Shown here: one piece after another, positions 18,864 through 29,087 of the stretch
Layout of the letters: each line of letters opens with the position of its first letter
How positions within the stretch are numbered: the first letter of the stretch is position 1
Assembly: GCA_050015395.1 (NCBI GenBank)
Contig: JBEKBM010000008.1
Span: 1-64,000 of the forward strand
Origin: Candidatus Bathyarchaeia archaeon
GTDB lineage: Archaea; Thermoproteota; Bathyarchaeia; Bathyarchaeales; Bathycorpusculaceae
Reading direction: 5' to 3'
Length of the DNA stretch: 64,000 bases
Notes under the pieces: model-generated
Databases searched by the model: none
Seen by the model: the letters and a program-made list of their open reading frames with translations, nothing else
Told to the model about the DNA's origin: nothing
Translations under genes and position numbers: made by a program

Positions 18864-19325
18864 ATTCAATTAACAAAAATTCTTGCATTTGTTCTGCTCA
18901 TATTTATTGTTGCTGGCAGTATAGGAGCTGTTGTGATTTTGAGCAAAAAAAACTCTTCTTCGCCTCCCATAGCACATACGATTCAGATAGTTAACGGGAC
19001 AGCCAACGTTAACGCTAGTGCATATTTAGATTACCAGTTCACTATTCCTCCAAATGCATCAAACATTCATGTATCAGGAACGTTTACAGTACAAGGCGGT
19101 ATTGGCAACGACATCATAATTTACATTTTTGACAGCACCAACTTTGACAATTATGAGAATGGCAGTTACTTCGGTGCACTCTACCAAAGTTCACAAACCA
19201 CAACCACTCCAATTAGTTCCAACCTTGACTCAAGTGGAAATTACTATCTTGTGCTTGACAATACATTCTCCACGACTCAAAAAACCGTGAATATACAAGC
19301 GAATGCTACCTACCTCACGCAGTAA
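18864..19325 (+). CDS. Membrane-anchored GOLD/p24-like beta-sandwich protein
   Basis: GNYYLVLDNTFS motif; an in-frame hydrophobic signal anchor lies upstream of the called GTG (18933); start uncertain. Confidence 0.65.
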   Translation: MQLTKILAFVLLIFIVAGSIGAVVILSKKNSSSPPIAHTIQIVNGTANVNASAYLDYQFTIPPNASNIHVSGTFTVQGGIGNDIIIYIFDSTNFDNYENGSYFGALYQSSQTTTTPISSNLDSSGNYYLVLDNTFSTTQKTVNIQANATYLTQ

Positions 19326-19392
19326 AGAGAAGGGGGCTAATCAAAATCTTTTGATCTAAAAAAGGAGGGTTCTGTTAAATTTACATAGGATT

Positions 19393-19671
19393 ATGGTCAA
19401 ATATGCAAAATGCGTAAAAGACTGCGCTTGTATTAGATTTAAAAGGAGCAAAAGTGGTTTGAGTTTGAGACAGGCTTACATAATGATTCTTATTTGGGTG
19501 GTATCAGCTTTCATAAGCTTCGGCATAATCGCCAACTTGATTGATAATTACGGTGTCTTATACAATTTAGGTCAGGGAGTTTTCATCTCATTATTTTCTG
19601 GTGGGTGTTTATACTTATATTTTAGATTAAAAGACCGAAGAGGTAAAACTCCAAGTATGAGCGTTGCTTAA
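19393..19671 (+). CDS. Small 2-TM hypothetical protein
   Basis: Two hydrophobic helices and a basic tail; true start probably TTG at ~19459. Confidence 0.55.
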   Translation: MVKYAKCVKDCACIRFKRSKSGLSLRQAYIMILIWVVSAFISFGIIANLIDNYGVLYNLGQGVFISLFSGGCLYLYFRLKDRRGKTPSMSVA

Positions 19672-19847
19672 TCTCACGAAAGTTAACACCTAAAAGAAAC
19701 ATTTCCAATTTTAAGTTACCAGAACCAAAAGGAGAATATTTTAAAAGTTTCTTTTTATTCTGCGAAGCAAATTAAAGGTTAGAATAGCTCTTATTAAAAT
19801 TGAAAAGACTGTATATCAATTATGTGTCAAACAGTAGGTAATTACCC

Positions 19848-20759
19848 ATGATAGCTATAATTGGCGCTGGCAAAGTAGGAAGCGCGGCTGCCTTCGACAT
19901 TCTCCGCTACAAAATAAGCGACGTAGTCCTGATTGACGCTAACGAAAACCAAGCAAAAGGCGAAGCCCTAGACATGATGCAGGCGGCACCAGCAATCGAA
20001 TTTGACGGCAAAATCCATGGAACCAGCAACTATGCGGAAATGCAAGGGTCGGAACTTGTGATTGTGACAGCTGGGTTTGGCAGAAGGCCGGATATGACCC
20101 GCATTGAATTGATGAATACTAATGCACAAATCATTAGATCCATCGTAAAAGAGGTTGTCAAGTATGCTTCTGACTGCAAGCTTATGATTGTTACAAACCC
20201 TGTTGACGTAATGACTTACGTTGCCTTCCAAGAATCCGGTTTTCCACGCAGCCGCTTATTCGGCATGGGCAATATCCTTGATACAATACGCTTTAGAACA
20301 TACATTGCTAGTGAATTGGACGTTTCAAGAGAAGACACCAGCGCTTTAGTGATTGGTGAACATGGCGATTCAATGGTTCCACTGGTTGAATATGCCTCTG
20401 TATCAGGTATTCCCATAACAAGCTTTCTAACAAAAGAGCAGATCGAAAAAATAGTTCATTTAACAGTAACATCAGGTTCTGACGTTATCAAACTCAAAGG
20501 CTCAACAATCTATGCCCCTGGCGCCGTAATTGCCATTACAACTGATGCAATTCTAACGGGAAGAAATCGAGTTATGAGCGTGTCTACATGCCTTGATGGC
20601 GAATATGGCTTTTCTAACCTTTCAATTGGTGTGCCCGTTGTTCTTGGGAAAAGCGGTGTTGAAAAGATAATTGAGCTTGAATTGTCCGATCAAACAAGAG
20701 AGCGCTTTGGAAAGTCAGTTGCCGTGGTTAAAGAAGCGATAGCAGCGTTGAAGAGCTAA
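19848..20759 (+). CDS. mdh: Malate dehydrogenase (LDH-like)
   Basis: GAGKVG, TAGFGRRPDMTR (Arg at the specificity site), NPVD, GEHGD. Confidence 0.92.
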   Translation: MIAIIGAGKVGSAAAFDILRYKISDVVLIDANENQAKGEALDMMQAAPAIEFDGKIHGTSNYAEMQGSELVIVTAGFGRRPDMTRIELMNTNAQIIRSIVKEVVKYASDCKLMIVTNPVDVMTYVAFQESGFPRSRLFGMGNILDTIRFRTYIASELDVSREDTSALVIGEHGDSMVPLVEYASVSGIPITSFLTKEQIEKIVHLTVTSGSDVIKLKGSTIYAPGAVIAITTDAILTGRNRVMSVSTCLDGEYGFSNLSIGVPVVLGKSGVEKIIELELSDQTRERFGKSVAVVKEAIAALKS

Positions 20760-20794
20760 TGCTAACCCGCGGTTTAAAGTTCTAAAAACAGAGT

Positions 20795-20995
20795 TTAGCT
20801 ATGGTTTTGTTTGGCACGTGCGCAGTAAAAGTTTCCATTAACTTTTGTGAATGCTGGGCATTTGCCATCATAACAGTGTTTTAGCCACTGGCATGGTGAC
20901 CTAACTTCATATACTCGGGGCATATATCCTTGTGAATTAAAACTTTCTTTGGTTTTTTCTCGTTTAGAAATTTTTTCCAAAATTGCTTCCATCAA
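20795..20995 (-). CDS. Small Cys-rich hypothetical protein
   Basis: 66 aa with four Cys; SD-like GAAGGA upstream. Confidence 0.5.
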   Translation of the reverse strand: MMEAILEKISKREKTKESFNSQGYMPRVYEVRSPCQWLKHCYDGKCPAFTKVNGNFYCARAKQNHS

Positions 20996-21145
20996 AATTC
21001 CTTCAAAATTTCCAAGTTAAATTATTGCCTTATTCTCATTATTAAAAATGTGTGGCAGTCGCTAGACAACAACAAAAGCATATAAGCACTAATATGCAAA
21101 GACAAAAAGCTATCGCTATGATACAAAGTGTTATTTAGCAGTTAA

Positions 21146-22093
<948 letters not shown>

Positions 22094-22097
22094 GCTT

Positions 22098-24314
22098 TCA
22101 TGTAGAAGTGAAGCGGTCGAACGTTACCAGATTGCTCATGGAACCGCATGATGGGCATTTATGCAATGTTCCGAGCCAGCTTTTTTTACAGTTATCGCAG
22201 AAACTAATTATTCGATTGTAAGTGAAGAATTCCAAGGATTGATTTTCAATTAAGCGACTGGTCAAATCCATTAGTGCTTCAGGCTTAAACTCAGCGCCTT
22301 CCAAGTCCATAATGTCTAAGGTTCCCCCAGCGTTTAACCCTTTCATTTTTTGCGTCGTCTCCACCATTTCAGATGGTATGCTGAGGGTTTCGCCAGCTTT
22401 AACTTGGAACCTTTTTGCTGTTGAGTAATAGGGTTTTTCTCTTGTTCCTGAGAACTTTACTTTGGCTACACCGTATTTTTCGATATCTAATTGAGCGAGC
22501 CTTTCTGATGCTTCAGAATTGCTAAGTATTACAGGGTATAAACGTTTTCCATGTTTCCTGCCGATTTTCTGCTTGAAAGCCAAAATGTTCTGAATTGTTT
22601 CCTCGGCAAACTTGCGGCTCTCTTCCGAGTTTATGCTTTTTTCAGTGAAAGCTTCCACGGCTTCTTTGAACCCAGCTAAATTTATTATCCGTGAACAATT
22701 TTCTAGCCTGAAATATGTGTCTCCATTGGCGTTTTTTAGCAGGAAAGGCAATGAGTTTTTTCCGAATTGCTTGAGCGCATTGTTTTTTATTCCTAAAGCT
22801 CGGGCGGCAAGTTCAAAACGTTCCCTCACTAAATCGAAAAACTTGTTTTTATCCTTCTCACTTTCTTGAGCGATTCTTGGCAAATTAATTGTTACACAAC
22901 CAAGACAGCCTGTGCGAAGGGTGTCGGTTTCCCAGTCTCCAGTAAAGTCAGGTGTAAGTTTAACTCCCGAAGCGGAAAAAACTGTGTTTTCTCCTTCTTT
23001 CTTTGAAGTGTTGGCAAAGTAGGGTGTTCCTTTTTCCGCTGCCAAGCGGTGGACTTTGAGGAGAACTGCTTTTGCGTTTTCATCTGTTAAAGTGTCTTTG
23101 TTAATTTTTATTACCAGTTTGGGGTTGAGCAGTGGCTTCTCGGAACTCTCTTCCGTGAAGACTTCAATGATAAGTGAGGCTAACAATTGGCTTTCTTGGG
23201 TGAAGTCACTGTATTTGCCGCATATTTTTCCTTGAGGACCTATTGCTTCTTTTTCTGTGGTTAATTTTGGAATTGAAAGCTCAAGCCCCAACGTTGCGTT
23301 GGCATGCTGGTTTAGGTTTAAAATGAATAAGCGTAGGTTTTCCTTTATTCTTGCTGTTTCAGCGTCTTTTGCAAAGGGAGCGAGAAAAACGTTGAAGTAA
23401 TCGCACGTTTGAGTTCGGTTTGTTTCTTTGCTGGCATGCAAGAGAACGTTGAAGGCAACTGCCAACGCTGATTCAAAGTTACTCGGAGGCTCCATTGAAA
23501 CTTGCAGTGGATTATCCAGTTTGAGGCCGTTTTGGAAGAAAAACCTCAGGTCATGGCTGATCTCGTCTGGTTTTAGTATCCATGTGCCTAAGTCGTCAAT
23601 GTGGATGGCGCCTGAGAGGTGAGCGTCAGCTATGTCTCTTGGGAAAACGTTGAGCAACGTGTACTCGCTAAGGACGGTTTGGCCTGCTTTTGTAAGTAAC
23701 GTTGCTGAGTCAGCGGGGTCGTCCTTTGATTCTAATGAAGTCGTTACCTCATGTACGGGCATGCCTACTCTTGTGAGTTTATGGCGGTATTCTTCATAGC
23801 CCTTCTCAACTAGAATGCCATTAACAATTTCCCTGATTAAGGATGCTGTGAGGTACTTTGTTTTTGATTTAACTAGGCGTTTTTCAGCTTCTTTAGCCGC
23901 TTTCTGCGCTAATTCAGCTGGGACTTTGGCTTCTTTTATGAGTGAATTGGCTATTTTGTTTGCATCAAACTCTTCCACTGTTAAATGTGATGTGCGGACA
24001 AGCATTCCTCTGGGTTTAAATGCTTTCTTCTCGATGCGGTCAGCTACGTCGAGAACCATTTTGCCAAGGTCAGTTAGATAGTATTTTTTTGCTTCAACAT
24101 CTGCTTCAACCAAGTCTGCTTTTAACATGAATTTTAGGTGGTAGGCAAATCTTCCGGCGTCTCGACTGGGATTCATTTTTAACTGGTTCATTAATTCAGT
24201 GTATGAGAGAGCGTTTTTGTCGAATAGTAGGTTGAGGATTTGTAGTCTGAGAGGTGAAGAAATGGCTTTGAGCACTTTTACGCCGCGTGCACGTTGCGGT
24301 GGCTGATTTACCAT
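22098..24314 (-). CDS. ArsR-type HTH + ATP-cone + class III RNR (NrdD)-like fusion, glycyl-radical motif absent
   Basis: N-terminal wHTH; EEFDANKIANSL (ATP-cone); AHLSGAIHIDDL, VTINLPRI and a C-terminal CxxC...CxxC; ends DRFTST with no RxxGY. Confidence 0.85.
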   Translation of the reverse strand: MVNQPPQRARGVKVLKAISSPLRLQILNLLFDKNALSYTELMNQLKMNPSRDAGRFAYHLKFMLKADLVEADVEAKKYYLTDLGKMVLDVADRIEKKAFKPRGMLVRTSHLTVEEFDANKIANSLIKEAKVPAELAQKAAKEAEKRLVKSKTKYLTASLIREIVNGILVEKGYEEYRHKLTRVGMPVHEVTTSLESKDDPADSATLLTKAGQTVLSEYTLLNVFPRDIADAHLSGAIHIDDLGTWILKPDEISHDLRFFFQNGLKLDNPLQVSMEPPSNFESALAVAFNVLLHASKETNRTQTCDYFNVFLAPFAKDAETARIKENLRLFILNLNQHANATLGLELSIPKLTTEKEAIGPQGKICGKYSDFTQESQLLASLIIEVFTEESSEKPLLNPKLVIKINKDTLTDENAKAVLLKVHRLAAEKGTPYFANTSKKEGENTVFSASGVKLTPDFTGDWETDTLRTGCLGCVTINLPRIAQESEKDKNKFFDLVRERFELAARALGIKNNALKQFGKNSLPFLLKNANGDTYFRLENCSRIINLAGFKEAVEAFTEKSINSEESRKFAEETIQNILAFKQKIGRKHGKRLYPVILSNSEASERLAQLDIEKYGVAKVKFSGTREKPYYSTAKRFQVKAGETLSIPSEMVETTQKMKGLNAGGTLDIMDLEGAEFKPEALMDLTSRLIENQSLEFFTYNRIISFCDNCKKSWLGTLHKCPSCGSMSNLVTFDRFTST

Positions 24315-24709
24315 AAACTCTTTTCCCCCACGCTCCCAGATAGGTGCTCAATCTATAATTCAATAGCAGAGTTTAAACTTAACTAAAGGCTTTATTTAAA
24401 GCAAAACTAAAATTCTCAATGCTTTCGTAACTGTATGGCATGGTTTGAAGGTACACCTTAGGCTTGGTGTTGTATGTGGTCGGCTCGTTCGGGCTCACTT
24501 TGCAGGTGCGATTTAGTGATATTGTGGTTTGGACGGGTAGGTTTGGCATTTAGTTGGAGCCGTTTACTTCTTAATTGCCTTGTTGAGCACAAGAAAAGAC
24601 AATAATGCGAGATTGGTTGAAGTGAAAGCGGTGGAAAGCATTTGTTGTAGCTTGTTTGAGACAACAAATTTTCATATAGTTTAATCGCTATTAAAGGCAA
24701 GTTGATTTC

Positions 24710-24856
24710 ATGATTTCGTGCTTCAATGTTAACTGTCCAAAATGCGGAAAAGAGCTTGCTAAACCTGATAAAAAATTAGAGAACTCTGTTTTCTATGTAG
24801 CGATTTACACATGTGATATGTGTGGCACGACATTCAAGTATTCTAAGTCATTTTAG
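24710..24856 (+). CDS. 48-aa Zn-ribbon microprotein (Cren7-like pattern), not in the ORF track
   Basis: MISCFNVNCPKCGKELAKPDKKLENSVFYVAIYTCDMCGTTFKYSKSF; two CxxC pairs; TATA-like element upstream. Confidence 0.75.
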   Translation: MISCFNVNCPKCGKELAKPDKKLENSVFYVAIYTCDMCGTTFKYSKSF

Positions 24857-25084
24857 CTATTTGGCGATAGATGACCAATTCATTTTTCTTTTTTACTGTT
24901 AAACTTCACTTTCGGCGATATTTCTTATTAATATCCTTTTCTTCTCCATAAATTATGCCGTTTATAGTGAGCACAAAGAGGAATAACGCAAAAAAACACA
25001 GTAATTTATCGCTTTGTTGCTTCAAATTGTGACAACATTGTTTTATATTCTTTAGAATCCTAACCAGATAACGAGAAAGAAGAA

Positions 25085-25190
25085 GGAATCAGCTAAGAGC
25101 CCTGTTGTTGGGCGGGTCTGGCTGCTAATATAGGATAAGGCGTTTGCTGCTGTTTTTGCGCCTTGTAAATGTTAGCGCTTGGCTAAATCC
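25085..25190 (+). ncRNA. Candidate structured non-coding RNA
   Basis: Nested stems AGCTAAG/CTTGGCT, GCTAATAT/ATGTTAGC, AAGGCG/CGCCTT plus a GCCC/GGGC side hairpin; TTTTATAT upstream and a T tract downstream. Confidence 0.45.
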
Positions 25191-25314
25191 GCTTAACCAC
25201 CTTTTTGCTCTATCGAAATTCTGCAAATTTGCACTAAATCCTTTTTTCTATTTGGGGTATTGGTTTTGAAAAAGGGTTATATAGCTTAAAACTTCTGGGA
25301 AGTCGGGGGAACGT

Positions 25315-25533
25315 ATGCTTAGGGAACAAGCTGTAGCTTTACTGAAAGAGTTAGTAGCTAACAATTTGATTCAAACAAGCTGGGTATCCATTGAGGAAAG
25401 AACGCCTAACAGTTATGAACTAAAGTTTAAGGGCAATTGTGACCGCGGCTTAATTGACCCAATTCTTCAAAAGCACAACTTAACGATAAAAGAGGATAAG
25501 GACAAAGGGTATTTAGTCATATTTGAAACATGA
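25315..25533 (+). CDS. Small hypothetical protein
   Basis: 72 aa; TTATATA box and GGGGGA SD upstream. Confidence 0.75.
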   Translation: MLREQAVALLKELVANNLIQTSWVSIEERTPNSYELKFKGNCDRGLIDPILQKHNLTIKEDKDKGYLVIFET

Positions 25534-25706
25534 GACCCCTGAGAAATCGCCCATCTTTTCATAGGCTTGCTAAATAATCAAAATAAAAAAGTCGATAACT
25601 CAAAACCTTGTTATTGTGAAGGTACAGTCACATCATTATTTATTATTCAAGACACACTTATGGTTACAATCACGCAGAAAGGATTAGCCTAAAAGCGTGA
25701 GGCGAT

Positions 25707-25778
25707 GGTTAACTTAGACGTAGGCGAATGATTCCCCTCTCTCTTTCCTGAAATTTTTTGTTTGCGTCTAAGTTAACC
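25707..25778 (+). repeat. 22-bp inverted repeat / long hairpin
   Basis: GGTTAACTTAGACG / CGTCTAAGTTAACC perfect for 14 bp, extended by 8 bp that include G-U pairs. Confidence 0.85.
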
Positions 25779-26070
25779 TATTTTGCTTAAGCCCGCAATT
25801 ATTTTATGTTTCCATCAAATAAAAACATAGTGTCTTTAATTTTATCCCATTTTCCCTGTTGCGGGAGGGCGTTCAAGCGGTGGCTTGTGAGCCTGTTTTG
25901 GCTATACGGAAGTTCTATTCAAATATGGGACGCAGAAGTGGATTTGGCATTTAGGGCAGGGCTTAAAGAGACCGATAACATGGAAAAATACGGTTCTTTC
26001 AATTTAAGGCAAAGAAACTGTTTATTAAGTTAAAGTATTGACAATAGTTAGTTTATTGGGGCTCAGAAAC

Positions 26071-27375
26071 ATGAAAGCATTCATAATTCAGTTTCCGTAC
26101 GGAGTAGCAGCTTTCGACGACAAAAACAGTTTAGTTGAGAAGGTTCTGTTTCCAAAAAAACCTCAGGCAGCAGCAAGAAGCTTACTTAAAGCTGAAGCCG
26201 GAAAAATGCCCGATGAAGTTTTCTCATTAATTTCCCTTCAAAAAAACGTAGGTTACGACACTTTTGTTTTTGAAAACGCCAACTTGGCAGAAGAAGTTCA
26301 ACGCAAAATGAATGTTACCGTGGAAGTGGCAAAACCTGCCGAAGCTGAAGTTCTCCGTTCACGCATGAATGAAGTTGCAGTTGAATCAGGCTTTGTAAAA
26401 GATGAACAAGACCTAAGCCTTTGGAACCGCAACGTCAGCTTGGAACTTGCTAAGTTAAGAATTAAAGGTGCCTCCGAAAAAAGAGACCTAATCATCGCTC
26501 AGGGCATTCAGACGCTGGATGATTTAGATCGAACAGTCAACCTATTCATGGGCAGACTTAGAGAATGGTACGGCGTTTACTTCCCGGAGCTTGACCGCTT
26601 AATCGAAAAGCATGAAACTTATTCTCGGCTAGTCGTGAACTTAGGCGACAGAGAAAGCTACACAGCCGAAGCCTTGGAGAAGGAAAATATTCCTAAAGAG
26701 CGAGCAGGATTAGTTGCTAAAGCTGCTGAATCATCCATGGGCGCAGACATCGCTGAACGTGATTTAGAGCAGATACAAGCCTTAGCTAAAAACGTGCTTG
26801 AATTTTATGAACTGCGCAAAAACATGGAGAACTACATTGATAGAACCATGGAGGAAGTGGCGCCTAACGTACGTGCAGTTGCAGGTGCACTTCTCGGTGC
26901 ACGTTTAATAGCTATCGCTGGCAGCCTGCGAACCTTGGCTATGAGACCAGCAAGCACTATTCAAGTTTTAGGTGCAGAAAAAGCGCTGTTTCGCTCCTTG
27001 AAAACTGGCGCAAGACCGCCAAAGCACGGCTTAATCTTCCAGCATACATTGTTACATGATGCTAAGAGGTGGCAGAGAGGAAAAATCGCAAGGGTAATCG
27101 CTGGGAAACTAGCCATCGCCGCTAGAGCTGACGCTTTTGGGGGTCATTTTATCGGAGATAGGTTAAAAGCGGACATAAACAAGCGACTGGAAGAAATCCA
27201 CGAGAAGTACAAGGAGCCGCCGCCACCTAAAGAACCTAAGCCGAGACCATCATTTGAACGCAGAGAACAAAGACCAGAAAGACGAGATCAACCATCCAGG
27301 GAACGCGACCGAGGCAGAAGACGTTACGGCGGCGGTCAGAATCGGAGAAGAGACAGGCGTGCACCTCAAGGTTAA
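26071..27375 (+). CDS. nop5: Box C/D RNP protein Nop5 (Nop56/58)
   Basis: RLREWYGVYFPEL, PASTIQVLGAEKALF, PPKHGLIF. Confidence 0.97.
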   Translation: MKAFIIQFPYGVAAFDDKNSLVEKVLFPKKPQAAARSLLKAEAGKMPDEVFSLISLQKNVGYDTFVFENANLAEEVQRKMNVTVEVAKPAEAEVLRSRMNEVAVESGFVKDEQDLSLWNRNVSLELAKLRIKGASEKRDLIIAQGIQTLDDLDRTVNLFMGRLREWYGVYFPELDRLIEKHETYSRLVVNLGDRESYTAEALEKENIPKERAGLVAKAAESSMGADIAERDLEQIQALAKNVLEFYELRKNMENYIDRTMEEVAPNVRAVAGALLGARLIAIAGSLRTLAMRPASTIQVLGAEKALFRSLKTGARPPKHGLIFQHTLLHDAKRWQRGKIARVIAGKLAIAARADAFGGHFIGDRLKADINKRLEEIHEKYKEPPPPKEPKPRPSFERREQRPERRDQPSRERDRGRRRYGGGQNRRRDRRAPQG

Positions 27376-28057
27376 ACCGCACCTAAAATTCAAGGAAATC
27401 TACCAAGCCACTCTTGAAGACGGAGCACAACGGTTAGCCACACGCAACCTAACGCCTGGCTTAAACGTTTACGGCGAACGCCTCGTTAAGTTTAAAGGTG
27501 TTGAGTACCGCATTTGGGACGCTTTCAGAAGCAAGTTGGCAGCCGCTATTCTTAAAGGCGTGCAAAACGTGCCCATAGAACCTGGCTTCAAAGTGCTTTA
27601 TTTGGGCGCTGCTTCCGGAACCACACCCAGCCATGTTTCAGACATCGTCGGCGAGAGCGGGTATGTTTACTGCGTCGAATTTGCTCAGCGGTCAATTAGA
27701 GATTTAGTTAACAATGTTGCCGCTTACCGCCCTAATATTTCACCGCTTCTCGAGGACGCGCGTATGCCAGAAAAATACGCCATGTTCATCTCTGGCAAAG
27801 TAGACACAATTTACTGTGATGTGGCGCAGCCGGAACAGGCTAAACTGTTAGCTGCCAACGCAGACATGTTTCTTAAGCCGTCTGGCTGGGTGATGTTGGC
27901 TGTGAAAGCGCAAAGCATCGATGTGACGATGGACCCAGACGCGGTATATCGGCAGGAAGCAAATGTTTTGCGCAAACGGGGCTTTGATGTTAAAGAAGTT
28001 GTGAATTTGGAGCCTTTCGACAAGGCACACGCCATGATATTAGCCCAGCGAACCTGA
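27359..28057 (+). CDS. flpA: Fibrillarin 2'-O-methyltransferase
   Basis: VYGE, RSKLAA, VLYLGAASGTT.SHVSD, DVAQPEQA; GTG start at 27359 inferred. Confidence 0.97.
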   Translation: MHLKVKPHLKFKEIYQATLEDGAQRLATRNLTPGLNVYGERLVKFKGVEYRIWDAFRSKLAAAILKGVQNVPIEPGFKVLYLGAASGTTPSHVSDIVGESGYVYCVEFAQRSIRDLVNNVAAYRPNISPLLEDARMPEKYAMFISGKVDTIYCDVAQPEQAKLLAANADMFLKPSGWVMLAVKAQSIDVTMDPDAVYRQEANVLRKRGFDVKEVVNLEPFDKAHAMILAQRT

Positions 28058-28289
28058 TTTACGAGCAGCGATACCTTCTTTTAGCTAATGAAACTGCTAA
28101 GCAAACAGTATGCCCTCTCCCCCCTCGATTTTACTAGAAAAATTCGCAAGCAAAATTGGAATACCCTCACATTCCTGAAGCACCTTCTTACTGCAATATA
28201 GCTGCTTTTTCTTCGTAGAAGCAGTTTTTGGAAAAGCAATATAACTTAGTTTACTAACGCCATTGATAGTTTAAGGTTGAAAACGAAGA

Positions 28290-28952
28290 ATGTTGGTTGC
28301 TGGTGTTGACGAAGCTGGGCGTGGATGCGTTATTGGTCCCTTAGTAGTCGCTGGCGTCATGTTGAAAGCTGAGAATTTGCCCCTTTTAAGCGAATTAGGA
28401 GTTAAAGATTCAAAGCTCCTAACGCCTAAGAAGCGTGAAGCATTGTACCCTGAAATCATCCGCTTAACCGAAAAATACCAGACGATAAAGGTGCTTCCAT
28501 ACCAAATTGACAAAGCAGTTGAAAGCGCCAGAAGACTGCATAAACTAAACAGGCTTGAAGCACAGACAATGGCGCAGATAATTGAAGCATTAAAACCAGA
28601 CGAAGCCTACGTTGACGCAGCAGACACAGTTGAGCACCGCTTTGGAAACCACATCAGAGAATGCCTAAAAAACAAAACCAGAATTATCTCTAAACATAAG
28701 GCAGACAAGATTTTTCCAGTTGTTTCAGCTGCATCTATCATAGCTAAAGTAGAGCGTGACAGAGAAATTGCAAGTTTAAGAGTTGAATACGGCGACTTTG
28801 GCAGCGGATACTTAACTGACGGGAAAACCATGAGTTTCCTGAGGCAACTGCTGGAAAAAAATGATGAATATCCGAGTTTTGTTAGAAAATCATGGAAGCC
28901 GGCGAAAAGAGCAAAAAATGAGAAAGGCACGCTGCAACAGAAGCTTGCTTAA
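28290..28952 (+). CDS. rnhB: Ribonuclease HII
   Basis: GVDEAGRG, DSK, VSAASIIAKV, FGSGY. Confidence 0.97.
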   Translation: MLVAGVDEAGRGCVIGPLVVAGVMLKAENLPLLSELGVKDSKLLTPKKREALYPEIIRLTEKYQTIKVLPYQIDKAVESARRLHKLNRLEAQTMAQIIEALKPDEAYVDAADTVEHRFGNHIRECLKNKTRIISKHKADKIFPVVSAASIIAKVERDREIASLRVEYGDFGSGYLTDGKTMSFLRQLLEKNDEYPSFVRKSWKPAKRAKNEKGTLQQKLA

Positions 28953-29087
28953 CCATATTTTAAGCATAAAGATGTCTTTAGTTGTAGTCAAACGTTTCGG
29001 CAAAAAGTCTACAATTAAGCACTAGTTATATAAATGTCGAGTTACATTTTTAACTTAAGAACAGCGGGTTTTAAACGGCGTTGCTTG

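Noticed and set aside
24430-24700. 80-aa minus-strand ORF and hydrophobic plus-strand fragments
   Set aside because: Biased composition and multiple stops; no supportable gene.
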